Below the pieces are notes generated by a model. That model was not told the origin of the DNA. It searched no databases and was given only the letters and a program-made list of their open reading frames with translations. DNA of 64,000 nt, from the NCBI GenBank assembly GCA_027923505.1, contig BROI01000018.1, positions 1 to 64,000 on the forward strand, given 5' to 3'. The position numbers and the translations under genes were made by a program. How positions within the stretch are numbered: the stretch's first letter is position 1; every line of letters starts with the position of its first letter. The stretch is from Mayamaea pseudoterrestris. Taxonomy: Eukaryota. Of this stretch, positions 52,864 through 63,679 are shown piece after piece.

Positions 52864-55800
52864 AGCTCCATGGCTGTTCTAACGTGCTCGACAGCAAGTA
52901 CGTGCCAGTCACGGAAGAAGAGAAGGAAGAGTTCGAGAATCAGCAAATCTTCATGTACACTGCGTTTCGCAATTGTCTCGAAGTCCCTGGATACCAGTCG
53001 CTCCTAATGAAGTACGGCGACAAGTCTGACGCTCAAAGCGTCTATCGCGAACTCGCGACCAAGTTTGGTTCCGGCGAGTTAGCTACCATCCAAGCGAACG
53101 AACTGCAAGCCAAGCTTGCGACGATTCGCCTTGATTCGACCTGGACGAAAGGACACTACAAGTTCCTAAACTACATCGAACAGCTCATGAAGAATCTCGA
53201 GGAGTTCCGTCCTGGAGTGACGGATGACAAGAAGAAGTACTACTGGCTCCGAGCTGCAGTGGAGGGCGACGAAGAATTCGGTCCCACGTGCACTACGTTC
53301 GACCAGCACTTGACATTTGAACGACGACGCATCATTAACGCAAACGGTGACCCTGATGCCGTCTTAACGGAAGATTATGACTATCTTTTCGACATGTTGT
53401 TGCAGCAGGCTCTGCGCGTCGACAACAAGAACGCCAAGCTGAATAAGGGCAAGAAGAACGCCGACCGCCAAGCGAACAACGCGAACACTTCCGGGCAAGG
53501 ACGTGGTAATGGACGCGGTTCCGGAGGACGAGGCTCTTCCGCGCCACTACCAGCAGCCGGTACGCAAGCGCATCGGGAACGATTCCCTGGCGATTATCTG
53601 AACTTTGAACAGTTGTTACAGAACCCCTGGTCGTACATGTCGTACGAACGACTCGGCCGACTTAACGAGGACGAATACGCTCAGCTCATGGCTCGACGCG
53701 AAGCCGTCCCAAGACCCGCCACCACAAGACGCGCGAACAATGGCAACCGCGCGAATAACCAGCAGTCACAAGCGGCTGCATCGGTGCCTGGTACAATCTT
53801 GTATCAGAATGACGCTGTCTCGATCGCCCCGACGACAGCCACTCAAGGTGCACCGGATGACATGATTAGATCTTTCCTTGCGAACGCCGCGTCGTCTCGC
53901 ACTCAAGCTGCGAATAACACCCAGCAAGAGTTTATGGGAAGCGACGGCCGTCGGTACCGCGCAATGGTATCGGTGCGCTACACTGTGAATCGAGCTCGCA
54001 GCAACGAGACCCGCCAAGGATCGCTGATTGACGGCGGTGCGAACGGTGGACTCGCTGGAAGCGATATGAGAATCTTGAGTACTACCAACCACACGTGTAA
54101 CGTGACAGGTTTGAGCGACCACACGGTTCGCGACCTCCAAGTCGGAACTGGCGTCGCATTGATTGAGACTCGGACTGGACCCATTATCGGTCAGTTCAAC
54201 CAGTATGCTTTGTACGACGGTGCTGAATCCATTCATGCTCCATCGCAGCTTCGTTCGTTCGGACATCTGATCGACGACGTCGCTCGCTCCCAGAATGGAG
54301 CACAAGCCATTGTCACCAGTTGTGGCAAGACCATCCCCTTGGCGATCCGTGACGGCTTGCCTCGCATGGATATGCGTCCACCGACGGACGCAGAGTTGGA
54401 AATGTATCCGACGGTCATTTTCTCTGCGGACACCCTTTGGGATCCGGCGGAGTTGGATAATGAATGGAACGAAGAAGAACTTGAGTTTAATCGTCGCTTC
54501 GACGAATTGGAAGAAACCCACGGTTTCGTCGACGCCCGCATGGATGACTTCGGCGACGCCACCTACCGGAACAATATGAATTCAGTGGAACGTGTGGTGC
54601 AGTATGTCGATCGCAATCAGGCTGATACGACGCGCCAAGCCAATGCACGACGCATAATGCCACAAGAACCTGACTACCAAGCGCTTCGACCCTACCTTGG
54701 CTACACGCCACTTGAACGAGTCAAGCGCACCATTAAGAATACGACACAGCTTTTCCGTGCATCGGCACACACCCCATTTCGCCAACACTTTAAGTCGCGA
54801 TTCCCTGCCGCCAATGTGGTTCGTTTCCATGACGATACGGCGACAGATACCTGGTTTTCCAAGGAAGCCGCCTTTAACGACGGAATCCGCGGCCATGGCG
54901 GATGCAAGATGATGCAACTGTTCGTCGGCAAGAAGAGTCTGCTGACGAGGGGATACCCACTGAGAACCGAGAGTGACATGCCCATGGCGCTCGAAGACTT
55001 CATTCGAGACATTGGCGCTCCTGACTTGCTCATTAGCGATAACTCGCGAGTGCAGCTCGGGAAGCAAGTTGAAACCTTGTTGCGATTCTACGCGATTCGT
55101 GACCAACAGAGCGAGCCCGGATACCAGAACCAGAACCCTGCCGAGCGTCGCATCCAAGAAGTCAAGTCATCAGTCCAGAACATCATGAACCGTATGGGCG
55201 CACCGGCTGGAGCCTGGCTCCTATGCGCGCTGTACATAATTGCCTTATTTAACAATCTGGCAACCGAGTCCCTCAACTGGAAGACCCCTACTGAAGCCGC
55301 CTTCAACCGAGTACCCGACATTTCGCCGTTCCTGCAGTTCAAGTTTTGGGAACGAGTCCTGTACGAAGCTGGAGCCGACGAGCCGCCGACATTTCCTCAC
55401 ACCAAGGAAGCAGCAGGACGCTGGGTCGGCATTGCAGAGAACAAAGGTGACATCCTCACGTACCAGGTCCGATCCGATCGGACTGGAATGGTTGTCGTCC
55501 GATCCAACGTTCGTCCCTTCTCCGAAGGGCGTAACCTACGCGCTGAAGCTGAAAGCGCTCCTGAACCCGAGTCCGAACGACCATTGTTCGCGGAACCTGT
55601 CTTCGACGCGCGCCCTGCGCGTGAACGAGTCCAAGTCGAAACTGTCGACGAGTTTGACGATGAGTATGACCTAGCCGGTCCGGTGTTTGAACACGACCTT
55701 ACACCGACCCCAGCGCCTGATTCTGGGGGAACCGTGGATGAAGACGCATTCACGTTGGAAAGCGCTGCCGAGTTAGCCGGTTTGGATCCCGACGGACCCA

Positions 55801-58035
55801 TGCCGTCCTTTACTCCGGCTGAACTGATGGGACGCACTGTCCTTCTTGACGAGGAAGACGGCTCCACGCGACGTTACAAGGTTATCGAGCAACTGAACGA
55901 TCGCGATGAAGCCAACCACAAGATTATCAAGTTTCGATTGAGTCTCGGCGACGGCGATGTCGACGAGCTTATTACATCAACGAACTAGCCGACCTTTGCG
56001 AACGGCAAGATTCTTTACGACTAGGGGACGATGACAACGACGACCAGTACTACAAGTTTGATTTCATTGACGGACATGAAGGTCCACTGACACAAGCCGA
56101 CGCTACGTATCGCGGCTCATCCTACAACTTGCTCATTCAATGGGCAAATGGCGAGAAGACCTGGGAGCCACTCGCATTGATTATCAAGTCCGACCCTGTG
56201 ACCGTTGCCGAGTACGGCAAGCGCAAGGGTATGCTGGACAAGGATGGATGGAAGCGCTCGCAGCGGCAGGACGCACTAAAATGTTTAACCGTATGTGCAA
56301 GGCTGCAAAGAAGAACCGTGTCCAAGAAGCGCGTTTCAAGTTTGGCGTTCAAGTTCCTAATACTTGGAAGGAAGCGAACCGCCTCGACGCTGCTAATGGA
56401 AACACCCTGTGGGCTGACGCCGTCAAGACTGAGATGGAGCAGCTACACGAGTACGACACTTTCATCGACAAGGGCATCGGTGCCTTCATGGAAAGTGACT
56501 GGAAGCGCATCAACGCGCATCTTGTTTTCGACTGCAAGAACGATCTACGACGGAAGGCCCGACTCGTCGCCGGGGAACATTTGACCGCTCCGCCCAAGGA
56601 CTCCGCCTACTCCGGCGTTGTATCTATGCGAAGCATTCGAACCATAGCACTGTTAGCTGAACTGAACGACCTCAAGTTTTGGGCTGCCGATGTCGGTAAC
56701 GCCTACCTCGAGGCCAAGACCAAGGAAAAGGTCTACATTGTTGCCGGTCCCGAGTTTGGACCATTGGAAGGCCATACCTTGGTCATCTACAAGGCACTTT
56801 ATGGATTGCGCACTTCTGGCGCGCGTTGGCATGAGCACTTTGCCGACACACTCCGCGACATTGGATTCTACCCAAGCTACGCGGACCCTGACGTCTGGAT
56901 GAAAGACTGTGGCACTCACTACGAGTACGTCGGCGTGTTCGTCGATGATCTGGCTATGGCCATGACCATGAAAGATCCACAAGCCTTCACAGACCTCCTC
57001 AAGGACAAGTACAAGTACAAGTTGAAGGGCGTCGGTGACATCAAGTACCACCTTGGAGCCAACTTCTATCGTGATCCCGATGGAACCCTCTGCATGAGCG
57101 CGAAGACCTACGTCGGTCGCATGCTCAAGAACTACGAAACCATGTTTGGCGAGAAGCCACGCAAGCGCAAGTCACCGCTTGACGACGGGGACCACCCCGA
57201 ACTTGACCTTACCGAAGAGCTGGATGCACGTGGCATTCAACAGTACCAGTCTCTTATCGGTGCCCTCCAGTGGGCAGTGACCCTATGTCGACTTGACATT
57301 CATTGTGCCGTAATGACACTTGGCCGATTCCGCTGCGCCCCGCGCCGACGGTACCTGAACCGAGCCAAGCGAGTCTGCGGTTACCTAGCTGAGTACCCTG
57401 ATGCGGCGATTCGTTTCGGACGAAGATCGTCGATCACGGGAACCTACCAAGTATGATTGGTTGCAATCGGTCCTCACGGCAACTCAAGCGAAGAGCTTCC
57501 GTGGAACATGCCGATCCCGAAGGGCAAGCCTGTGCAACTAACTACCTTTATGGACGCGAACCTGTACCATGATTACACTACTGGACGTTCCGCAATGGGA
57601 GTCCTGCATTTCCTGAACCAGACGCCTGTCGAATGGTTCTGCAAGCGTCAGAATACTGTTGAGACTGCAACGTACGGATCCGAGTTCGTCGTCGCCAAGA
57701 CCGCGACGGAACAGATTATGGATTTCCGATACTCCCTACGCATGTTGGGAGTTCCTTTGAGTGGACCAGCCTGGATGTTCGGCGACAACGAAAGTGTCAA
57801 GAAGTCGTCAACGATCCCGCACTCCACACTTTCGAAGCGACACAATGCGCTCGCCTACCACCGAGTTCGCGAGGCCATTGCAAGCAATGTTCTGTACTTT
57901 CAGCACATCTTCGGCAAGCAGAACGTCGCCGACGTTCTTACCAAGTTCTTGCCGCATGCCACGTTCCGACCCCTGATCATTCCGATTCTTTTCTGGAAGG
58001 GTGATACGGCAAACCGATCGTTGTCACAAGCCTAG
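52864..58035 (+). pseudogene. Copia gag-pol: gag C-part, PR, IN, chromo-like segment, RT, RNase H; frameshifts near 55977, 56257 and 57420-57470
   Basis: PR IDGGANGG; IN TDTWF / ISDNS / NQNPAERRIQE; RT ADVGNAYL, KALYGLRTSG, VFVDD; RH FMDANL, TYGSEF, FGDNESV, NVADVLTK, spread over ORFs 52884-55988, 56129-, 56140-57456 and 57457-58035. Confidence 0.9.
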
Positions 58036-58038
58036 ATC

Positions 58039-58046
58039 AAGGGGGA
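58039..58046 (+). promoter_or_regulatory. Polypurine tract
   Basis: aaggggga directly 5' of the LTR TG. Confidence 0.75.
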
Positions 58047-58375
58047 TGACACAATATTATTGAGTTGAGTTGACCTGCGTCTCATGACAAGACGGTTAGC
58101 TACCTGTGTTTTGTATGCATTTAATCCTGTGCAGGGTTGAGTCACACTTGTGACCGAATCCTCACATACATGAGTGAAATCGCTGACGATCGAGGCGTGA
58201 ACCTCGACCGTGAACCCAGTGAGAACGAGAAAGAAGCGCACGAGTAGAGTAGCGAGTAACATGCACTATTCTAGCAATTGAGTTTGTTTGTTTGCTTTAC
58301 GCTGGACGAAGAGGTTGATCGCTCCTAGTCCATTGTAGTCGCTGGAATAAAGGTTCGTCTGATATTATCGTGTCA
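58047..58375 (+). repeat. 3' LTR (329 bp)
   Basis: TGACAC...GTGTCA; follows the PPT 12 bp after the RNase H stop; AATAAA near 58346. Confidence 0.93.
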
Positions 58376-58451
58376 CTAATGACTCAGTAGAATGAAATGT
58401 GACTGGTGAGAACTTGTCACCAGTCTCAGCCCAGAGATGCCTTGACATTCA
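58376..58451. repeat. Decayed partial satellite A monomer
   Basis: ctaatgactcagtagaatgaaatgtgactggtgagaacttgtcaccagtctcagcccagagatgccttgacattca aligns without gaps to ctggtgactcaggggatggcaatgtatttggtgacaacttgtcaccagtctcagcccgcagatgccgtgacattca. Confidence 0.85.
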
Positions 58452-59001
58452 TGCAAGTTTAGAATTTGCACATGACAGACCCAGCTTTGCGTCTGTCAAG
58501 TCAACAGGAATTTTCTAATTTTTTTCAGGAAGGTAATAGAAAATAATTTGTCACAGGCACAGCTTCTTCATTGCATATTGCTAATTAATATATTGTGGTC
58601 ATGTGTTGTTAAAGCAAGAAGGTATTTCACTGGCGCCATGTTTGATAGTGCTATGTGTGAACAGCCTTATGTGCAATTGCAATTGCAGAAAGAGTTTGAT
58701 AGAACTCTTGCCTTGAACTGCTTGATCTTATAATTCCAGTAAATGCCTGTGGTGTGCTTGAAGCAAGCAGGTACCTCACACATTGACAGTAAATTAGGAT
58801 TTATGGTGTGCTTTAACCCTGGTTGCTTGATTCCTGAGAAAACAATGCAATATATAGCTCTAATTGACAGGACTAATTTCTTGGAAGGTTTTAAAATGTG
58901 AAAGCAGGCACTCGTACGTCGTATGATGGTAGCTAAAGTGTTGTGTGCCGCTGCGACGTGCTGCGCGTATTGCTTCTCCTCACAATCACACCGCAATCAC
59001 C

Positions 59002-61521
59002 ATGGCATCGGCCAATCCTCCAGGCAGCCCTAAGCGAGATCTCAACGACCAAGTAATGTCAGATACTTCTTATATGTCTCATGAAGCATCTCGGGAAGAA
59101 GAAAGTGCGACAGAGGAGGGTGCCTTTGCGACACCAACATCCTCTTCACGACATCAACGACGTCCTCCATCATCGACCCTCCACCAAGAGCATTACTCGT
59201 CCGTGACGGGGACGACAACGGAAATTTCGCAGCCAGATGACGAGAATTTCTCACAGCAGACGATCAAGGACGGAATTACAAGGTTTTTCTATCCTTCCCG
59301 TACCAATAAATTACCGGATCGGCGCAGCCGAATTGCGCAGTCGAAGCAACGAAATTATGCAACGACAAGGTCACTAAATTCCACAGACGGACTGGAACGG
59401 GTTGCTGAGTCTTCGGGACTCTCTCCAACGAACGCAGTTAGCAGTGCTAATGGAAGTTGCGTTGGGTCTCCATCCTCTAGCAAAAGCAGCCTTAACGACA
59501 TCAATCAACATCAAGATGAAGCCAACGACGATGCAGACTTTGTCACCCACTTTTGGCGCATGTACGACGACGTCATTATATTGAGCATCTTTACGCAAAT
59601 TGGTATACTCTTCCGCTTGGCTGCGGCAACTTGGTTTACCTATTTTGACGGAGTCTTCTCAGAAGGAAGCGCGCTCTTTGTCGTCTTGCCCATGAATTGT
59701 TTGAGTTGCTTCATCATGGGCTTACTTTGTTCCGGCGAGCGATTAATGGAAATTGTCACAACTAGATTCTCGCCACCAAGGCTACAGCACGATGTATTTC
59801 ATGAAGCAGAGGACCAAGCCGATGGGCAGCAAGTAGAGTTACTTGAGCAGCAGCAGGATGAAGCCATGGTTGTTGCGCATGACTTTGAACGGGGATCTCG
59901 CGCGGCTAATTTAGTAAATCGATTGAAGCGGCGGCGACAGAAACAGCGACAGATACAGCGTCGACGAGCAAAAACGGAAAAGTACTTTCATAGTTGGGAA
60001 CCGCCCGTGCACTTGAATCAAGACTTGCGTGACGTGCAGCTGCTGGCCTTGGAGCGACGCATGAGAGCCTCCAAGTGTTTGGTGCTGTTCCCAGTGCGAA
60101 AGGAGGATGTTGACGTAATGGAATGTTACTTTCGCAAAGGGTACTCGCCAAAGAAGGGTGGCGTCAGCGATCATGACTATGATCTAGATTTTAATCGATC
60201 GGGCGATGCACAGGATCTTGGGTTTGATCTACAGCTGGAGGAGGATGGTGGTATCGATAGCGAGAGCGACGAAGCTCCTAGTGGTCCAGTCACTCCTCAA
60301 CGACCAACGCAGCAATACCAGTATTCACAAAGTTCTGCGGCGGTTAAGCAAGGCAGTTTGGAGAATGGCCAGACAACAACAAGTGTTGACGAATCGGCAA
60401 GCCCAGAACGAACAACAGCTAGCAATCGAGGGATCTTAGCAAACCGGCTACCCGTAAGACCAACCACTAAGGACGTTGAGTCACCTACCACCGAACAAAG
60501 TTCGGACTTGGATTTGGACCAAATGCTTCAGGACGTGCAGGCGAACATCACGGAGAATGTCAACCGACTATCTCGCGTTGATCTTGCCGCAGGCTGGGAC
60601 AAGGGGACAACGCCAGACGAAATGAGTGACGATTTAATGCTTGGTCTTCGGGACGGTTTTTGTGGTGCACTTTCTTCTTTTTCCTCGTGGCAATCATCCA
60701 TGGTTAGCCTCATGCGAATGGGACGATTTGGAGAAGCGTTTACTGGATATGTGCTTGGCGTACAATTACCATTGATTGCCTATCGTAGTGGCCAAACGGC
60801 GGCGGTCTATATTTTTATTTGGAGATGTCGGTGGGAGACTCGCCGCGACATGCGACGAGGCTATGGTATACGAGTCAACCAGGAGGGATCGGACAGTGAA
60901 GCATCCGACCACGAGCAAGACCGTTCCGATGACAAGGAACTAGTGCACGCACTTCCGTCAGTCCGAGCGATTGCAACGGCTGTCTTTGTTGTCGCACTTG
61001 CTGCTCAAGTTACATCACTCTTCTTTTACAACACACCCGAGAGCCAATTGCTTGCGCTCAGTCTCTTGTTTTCGCCGTTGGGTGTCTTTTCGCGGTGGCG
61101 CTTGTCGCGGTTGAATAAGTGGCGGTCCACCTTTCCGCTCGGTACCTTTTCATGCAACATGATTGCGTGTGCTTTGAGTGGAAGTTTGGGCCGACTCTTG
61201 GCGGGTAATCCCAATTCTCGCCAACGCATTGTTTTACAAAGCATCGTGGCTGGATTTGGCGCGACTTTGAGTTCATTGGCAGCTTTTATTGTGGAAGTAT
61301 TGGCAGGAGTCGACCCAATCTTGTTTCGATTCGACGGCCTGTTTTACGCCGTCATGTCGGTGGGTTGCGGCATGTTTGCGTCTTTTATTTTTGGGTCTAC
61401 GGGTGAATGGGCCGATCAGACCGATTCCAAGGGTGCAACCTTCAACTACACGAATGACGATATGGCTAATGCCACCACTGGCAGTGACGGTGCAGCTCGT
61501 TGGTTATTGTCGCTATACTAG
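59002..61521 (+). CDS. FEX/Fluc (CrcB)-family fluoride exporter, two-domain, 839 aa
   Basis: Domain 1: IGILFR, LPMNCLSCFIMG, LGLRDGFCGALSSFSSW. Domain 2: PLGVFSRWRL, FPLGTFSCNMIAC, GFGATLSSLAAF. The first ATG (MASANPPG) is taken as start rather than the GTG at 58945. Confidence 0.8.
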   Translation: MASANPPGSPKRDLNDQVMSDTSYMSHEASREEESATEEGAFATPTSSSRHQRRPPSSTLHQEHYSSVTGTTTEISQPDDENFSQQTIKDGITRFFYPSRTNKLPDRRSRIAQSKQRNYATTRSLNSTDGLERVAESSGLSPTNAVSSANGSCVGSPSSSKSSLNDINQHQDEANDDADFVTHFWRMYDDVIILSIFTQIGILFRLAAATWFTYFDGVFSEGSALFVVLPMNCLSCFIMGLLCSGERLMEIVTTRFSPPRLQHDVFHEAEDQADGQQVELLEQQQDEAMVVAHDFERGSRAANLVNRLKRRRQKQRQIQRRRAKTEKYFHSWEPPVHLNQDLRDVQLLALERRMRASKCLVLFPVRKEDVDVMECYFRKGYSPKKGGVSDHDYDLDFNRSGDAQDLGFDLQLEEDGGIDSESDEAPSGPVTPQRPTQQYQYSQSSAAVKQGSLENGQTTTSVDESASPERTTASNRGILANRLPVRPTTKDVESPTTEQSSDLDLDQMLQDVQANITENVNRLSRVDLAAGWDKGTTPDEMSDDLMLGLRDGFCGALSSFSSWQSSMVSLMRMGRFGEAFTGYVLGVQLPLIAYRSGQTAAVYIFIWRCRWETRRDMRRGYGIRVNQEGSDSEASDHEQDRSDDKELVHALPSVRAIATAVFVVALAAQVTSLFFYNTPESQLLALSLLFSPLGVFSRWRLSRLNKWRSTFPLGTFSCNMIACALSGSLGRLLAGNPNSRQRIVLQSIVAGFGATLSSLAAFIVEVLAGVDPILFRFDGLFYAVMSVGCGMFASFIFGSTGEWADQTDSKGATFNYTNDDMANATTGSDGAARWLLSLY

Positions 61522-61712
61522 CTTCTACAACAATAGAGATAGACGGAGGTACGAGTAGTAAACTGGTATATATTCATACTTGTATCCCGCATCCGCAGCG
61601 TGAGAAGATGACGATGTCACTGTCCTTCCACGGAAACGTGGTGCGACATGAATACCCACCGGTGGCAGCGACGAGAAAGGTGCTTCGTTCATTTTTCCTT
61701 TTCTCGTGCGCC

Positions 61713-63662
61713 ATGACGGACCCCAGCAGCAGCAGCAGCTTCAGCTCCTCAGCCGACTCATTCGGCGGAGTAGGTAATCGCAAAGGAGACTCTGAGAATT
61801 CAAATATTGCAGGAAACAACGACACTTTCGTTGGAGGGAGCCCTAATGTCTTGCCGTCACAGTCGCAGCTACCACAGAACATGCGTCACGCCGTCCACCA
61901 ACCAGCTGCTGTTCCCAACTACAATTCTTATTTCCATGCACCCCCGCCGTCAGAAGGATCTGGTCTCATTCAAAGCACTGCGCTTTTCACAGCGGGAAGC
62001 TTTATAGGCTTGACGGCCGTGGCAGCCCTGCGATGGCTCAATGGGGACGACTTTTACCTTTGGCCATCGCCTGCTGACTTGGAGGCCCGTCAGCAGCACA
62101 AGCAACCTTACCAACAACAGCAACAGCCAGTCAGTAACACCAATCATGATAATCAGCTTATTTTGCAGCAAATGCAAACGATCCAACGGAGTTTGGAGAT
62201 TCAGCAGGAGCAACAAGCGATTATTCTGCAACGCATTCAAAGCAATGGCGAGTTTCGTATTAATACCTTTACAGACGAGTCAATGAACCGCCTGCGTGAG
62301 CAACAGTCTTCAGCTTCGTCGCCATTGGTGCAAGAGCAATTGATAATGGAGGAGACAACGACTGGAAATAAGGCAACGGAATATGAGCAGTTGCAGGAGA
62401 TTCATCTAGAGCTGATGCGACTGCGATCAGACCTTGCTTTGCAGAGTGGTGGCGACGACTCGGGCAAGGAATGGAAAATGCGACTGAATCAGACAATCGA
62501 TCAGCTACACAACTATCTTACCAAGGTTGATGGCACATGTCAGCCATTGGATGCTAGCATCGCATCGACTGCGTCAGCGCCCGGCACGTTAACTGATGTG
62601 ACGGCAGAGGCAGAAACTGTCAGAACGATGATTAACCCGAATGCTGATATGAATGCTATCGCAGATTCATCTTTAACAGTGTTGGCTGTTGATGGTAAAG
62701 ACGAAACTGCGGAGGCAGCGCACAAGTTGGTGGAAGCTATTCTTACACTGGCGACGGAAAATAAAGACCCAGCTGTACTTCAATCTGGCGCTCAGCTCCT
62801 CTACCTTTACGTTCATAACCTGTGCAACCATCATAAGGTTCCTAGATATCGTAAGATATTTACCTGCAATGAGAGTTTCCTCAAGGTTGAAGCGCTAATG
62901 GGTGCTCGAGAATTTCTGGCCGCCGTAGGCTTTTGTGACAACAAGAATACGCTGGAGTGGCTGGCATCACCGGGCAAGGATGAGGACGACGAGGAGGTTT
63001 ACTTGAACCTTTTAAAGGAGGCGACAAAAGCTTTAAATGTTATAAAGGCTAGTGGAGCAACTGCTGGGTCGGATTTGGTGTATGCCGCCCTGTCGACCAT
63101 GGAACTGAATGCGACAGATGCCGTCCACGAAAGCGATTGCGAGCTATCGGAAGCATCTCCACACACAAAAACAACACTGTTGCAATCTCCAATACGGGCG
63201 TCTCTGGGTGAGCCCTCATCTATAAAAAAACTACCACAGCCGCAGCTCGTAAACGATTCATACAATACGCCTCGATTGGGATCAATTACCTCTCCACCGA
63301 CAATAAAGCATGCGCGCTCACCAAGCCATAGTTTTCCATTTGATTATGAATCGCCAATGCAAAATATGCCACCAAGCGACCAGCTCAATTCAAACGATCA
63401 TAGTTTCTCGGCTGATACGCCTATTCGCAATGATTTGGAGCAGTTGCTAGCGGATACTCCGGCACGAGATGAAATTGATCTTGATGTATCGGTCGATACG
63501 CCAGTACGCACGACGTTTGGAAGTTTACTAGAAGACGGAAAGCTGCAAAGGAGCGACGAAAGTTACGGAGACTCGACTAAGTCGGGCGCGTTGACAGACA
63601 ACCTAATTCACGCCGACGAGTCGGCCCCTATATTTTTGGGCGACGTTGTTGATGACAAATAA
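61713..63662 (+). CDS. Single-TM, coiled-coil, PUB-domain protein (possibly Pex14-like architecture)
   Basis: Hydrophobic ALFTAGSFIGLTAVAALRWL, Q-rich coiled coils, PUB signature LYVHNL...PRYRKIFTCNESF...GAREFLAAVGF. Start uncertain (ATG 61713 chosen; in-frame ATGs exist upstream). Confidence 0.7.
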   Translation: MTDPSSSSSFSSSADSFGGVGNRKGDSENSNIAGNNDTFVGGSPNVLPSQSQLPQNMRHAVHQPAAVPNYNSYFHAPPPSEGSGLIQSTALFTAGSFIGLTAVAALRWLNGDDFYLWPSPADLEARQQHKQPYQQQQQPVSNTNHDNQLILQQMQTIQRSLEIQQEQQAIILQRIQSNGEFRINTFTDESMNRLREQQSSASSPLVQEQLIMEETTTGNKATEYEQLQEIHLELMRLRSDLALQSGGDDSGKEWKMRLNQTIDQLHNYLTKVDGTCQPLDASIASTASAPGTLTDVTAEAETVRTMINPNADMNAIADSSLTVLAVDGKDETAEAAHKLVEAILTLATENKDPAVLQSGAQLLYLYVHNLCNHHKVPRYRKIFTCNESFLKVEALMGAREFLAAVGFCDNKNTLEWLASPGKDEDDEEVYLNLLKEATKALNVIKASGATAGSDLVYAALSTMELNATDAVHESDCELSEASPHTKTTLLQSPIRASLGEPSSIKKLPQPQLVNDSYNTPRLGSITSPPTIKHARSPSHSFPFDYESPMQNMPPSDQLNSNDHSFSADTPIRNDLEQLLADTPARDEIDLDVSVDTPVRTTFGSLLEDGKLQRSDESYGDSTKSGALTDNLIHADESAPIFLGDVVDDK

Positions 63663-63679
63663 AATGTAATAGACTTTCA

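Larger units (their letters stand above)
52864..58375 (+). mobile_element. Ty1/Copia (CoDi-like) element, 5'-truncated within gag, through to the 3' LTR
   Basis: Domain order PR-IN-RT-RH (Copia), PPT, 3' LTR. Confidence 0.93.

Noticed and set aside
52648..53007. ORFs 52648-53007 (+) and 58032-58262 (-)
   Set aside because: Antisense readings of the LTR.
55970..57470. Programmed frameshifting in Copia pol
   Set aside because: Three shifts lie inside pol without slippery sites; decay or sequencing error is more likely.
52535..58375. One element bounded by 329-bp terminal inverted repeats (DIRS-like or DNA transposon)
   Set aside because: The repeats are Copia LTRs, one with a PBS and one with a PPT, belonging to two oppositely oriented copies.
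58548..58996. Short ORFs in the AT-rich spacer
   Set aside because: No motifs; composition looks intergenic.
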